Of a stretch of DNA of 23,646 bases, positions 21,362 to 23,646 are shown one piece after another. Below the pieces are notes generated by a model that had not been told where the DNA came from, searched no databases, and saw nothing but the letters and a program-made list of their open reading frames with translations. This DNA comes from Macrostomum lignano (taxonomy: Eukaryota). Numbering within the stretch: position 1 is the stretch's first letter; every line of letters starts with the position of its first letter. The stretch is taken from positions 1 through 23,646 of the forward strand of contig NIVC01005175.1 in NCBI GenBank assembly GCA_002269645.1. The letters run 5' to 3'. The position numbers and the translations under genes were made by a program.

Positions 21362-21380
21362 TGGTGGCAGCGGTGGGATT
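21362..21380 (+). other. Primer-binding site complementary to the 3' end of tRNA-Leu (AAG/TAG type)
   Basis: TGGTGGCAGCGGTGGGATT is the reverse complement of AATCCCACCGCTGCCA+CCA, the 3' end of animal tRNA-Leu(AAG/TAG) as I recall it. It lies right after ...CA-T. Confidence 0.85.
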
Positions 21381-22041
21381 TCAAGACCTACCAGGCCATC
21401 TCCAGACCACCTCTAAGCAGCACTAAGTACAACCACTACAATGTAATTTAAGAGCCGACAAAAGAACTTGGAAAAACGTCGGCCAGACGTCGCCGAGGTC
21501 GGATTGCTGTACGGGATTTCAGCGGGATGCCTCTGCATTTGTTTTGTGATAGTACACTGACGGTCTTGTACTAGCTGCTTCGCTTTCAACCATGAAAGTC
21601 ATGAAAATAAATAATGCAGTTTCAGACTGTTTCAGAAAATATAGGATAATGTCTGGACACCAGGACAGAGCAATATCCTTGGCAACGAATTAATTAGTGT
21701 GGTACTGGACCAACTCGCCAAACGAGGCAGCAATAGCCCGAAATCCTCAGAGTCAACCGGGTCATTCACAAATATATGTAGTTTGGATCCATTAAACACC
21801 AGTTGCACTGGATCGAACAACTGCTCCGAACATTGGCAAACACGAATAGCAATGCCTGTCATAAACTGGAAAGGACGTAAAAATGCAGACCTCAGAGATG
21901 TACAAGTACATGTACATGGTCACTACCGGTCATGGCTTCTTCCGGAGACATTTCACTACCGACCAAACCGACGTCCGTCCGTGATCAACACCGTGACCTA
22001 CGCGCATTTGTCTGGGAGTCTGGCAAGCTCTTCTACATGCT

Positions 22042-22141
22042 CTGCTGACGAGGGAGGGCGCAGCCCCAAGGCTAACGCCTTTCTGTTTTTGGCTTGGGGG
22101 TTGCGATAGGGGCCTCTCGGCCTTGAGCCCCCCGTCAGCAG
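22042..22141. repeat. GC-rich imperfect inverted repeat (~100 bp)
   Basis: CTGCTGACG (22042-22050) pairs with CGTCAGCAG (22133-22141). CGCAGCCCCAAG (22059-22070) pairs imperfectly with CTTGGGGGTTGCG (22093-22105). Confidence 0.6.
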
Positions 22142-22241
22142 TGGTATTATAGTCTCACGGTCTTGTACATTCATAGCTACCTATATAGTTTTAGCCAATA
22201 TAGAAACTTTTTATTGTCGAACTACTAATACGAGTAGTAGT

Positions 22242-23292
22242 CAAGGACTTCTAGACTAACAGGACGTAAAACTCAAAGATCGTGCAAGTTTTTGGAGGCC
22301 ACGATTTCCTGGAAAAAATACACTGCGAAGATAGGAAAAAATCAGTTTTTCGTCACAAAATCTGTGATTGTATTTGATCTGGGGCAGTGAAGACTACCAT
22401 TCTTTTAATTTAACATGCACAATATGTTACTCTATTATATTTTCATATAGCTGTGTAGTGAAGTTTTCATTTTCATATTGTTTTCACTTTATTTCATAAG
22501 CCCAAAGTTGCAAACTCACAAGTGGCATTAGCCAAACTTTTTGTGTTGTTCTTTTTAAAATAAAGTATAAAAACATTGCATGTAGGTACTCTTAGTCTTA
22601 AGCTATTATTGTAGGTTTAGTAACTATACTAATTCCTAGGCCTACTAGAACTAGACCTATCACTACACTATCTAGCCTAATAAGTAATTAAATTTAGGCA
22701 ATGACTTAGAGATTAGTATATTTAGATTTTTTATTATATATAGATTACCAATAAATAGTTTCATATGGTTGGTTACCTAGGCTTGAGAAAGCTGTATTAT
22801 CAGTTTTTAAGCCAAGCCTATATTTAGGACTAATATATTTAAGAAGAATAGACTTAATCACAAAAATAGGCCCTAACCATTTTTACTAGGTATCTATAAG
22901 AAAAAACATTGATTAGTCCTTTTATAACTTTTATTTTAAAGGCTAAAAATATTATTATATTACAAATTTGAATAGCTTTTCTTTTCTTGAATTTGATATT
23001 TGGCTAATGCCACTTGTGAGTTTGCAACTTTGGGCTTATGAAATAAAGTGAAAACAATATGAAAATGAAAACTTCACTACACAGCTATATGAAAATATAA
23101 TAGATTAACATATTGTGCATGTTAAATTAAAAGAATGGTAGTCTTCACTGCCCAGATCAAATACAATCACAGATTTTGTGACGAAAAACTGATTTTTTCC
23201 TATCTTCGCAGTGTATTTTTTCCAGGAAATCGTGGCCTCCAAAAAATTGCACGATCTTTGAGTTTTACGTCCTGTTAGTCTAGAAGTCCTTG
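22242..23292. mobile_element. Foldback-type non-autonomous DNA transposon, ~295-bp TIRs, 8-bp TSD (P or hAT superfamily)
   Basis: TIRs 22242-22536 and 22999-23292 differ at 3 sites by eye (2 substitutions, 1 indel). Perfect TSD GTAGTAGT at 22234-22241 and 23293-23300. Termini are CAAGG...CCTTG. The 462-bp spacer is AT-rich and non-coding. Confidence 0.92.
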
Positions 23293-23646
23293 GTAGTAGT
23301 ACGAAGCAACCTGGCAAGAGATGGTTTCATATTTTTGGCTAGACCCTACTTTACATTCTGTCAAAAGGCTATTAGCTCACAGCAGCTCTGTGTAACCCTC
23401 TCTGAGGCGCCTGCAGTATGAAAAAAACTCCCATTTTAACTGCCAAAACTCTACACACCACTCCGCCCCGGAACAGTTGAATATACGAAACACAAAAGGC
23501 AGCAATCAGCGCTTTTAAGTGGCGCGAGCGCGCGCTCTCTCAGCTCTCAGCAACTGGGCGGCCCAGAAAGAGCGAGAGTATAGAAAGAAACCAACGAATA
23601 AAAGCAGCTAAATAAGGGGGGTTGCTGCTTATGCTATAATATACGA

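Noticed and set aside
21362-21384. tRNA-Leu gene on the minus strand
   Set aside because: Only the 3' ~19-23 nt match, including the CCA that is added post-transcriptionally in eukaryotes. This is a PBS, not a gene.
21699-22109. 136-aa ORF as gag or integrase
   Set aside because: No CCHC knuckle, protease, reverse transcriptase or DDE motif, and its end runs into a GC-rich hairpin.
23105-23317. 70-aa minus-strand ORF
   Set aside because: It lies within a TIR of the foldback element; no transposase similarity is apparent.

Overview
Eukaryotic (probably animal, possibly marine invertebrate; taxon is inference), repeat-dominated window with no credible protein-coding gene. All supplied ORFs look like by-products of repeats or low-complexity DNA. 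The main structure is two related non-autonomous Helitron-like elements joined head-to-tail: 772-5045 and 5046-18605. Each runs 5'-TC...GC-rich hairpin-CTAG-3', and the pair sits in a host A|T site with no target-site duplication. Both share a layout (conserved 5' end, tRNA-like B-box relic, A-rich 22-23 bp tandem array, G-rich array, terminator), but their arrays diverged and expanded independently. Copy 2 carries an ~11.7 kb homogeneous 22/23-bp satellite, three serial 3'-end modules and a (TTAGGG)n tract. Downstream lie a Mutator-like MITE (9-bp TSD), an LTR with a tRNA-Leu primer-binding site and a 164-bp internal hairpin, and a young foldback element with ~295-bp TIRs and an 8-bp TSD. All alignments were done by eye; no database searches were run.
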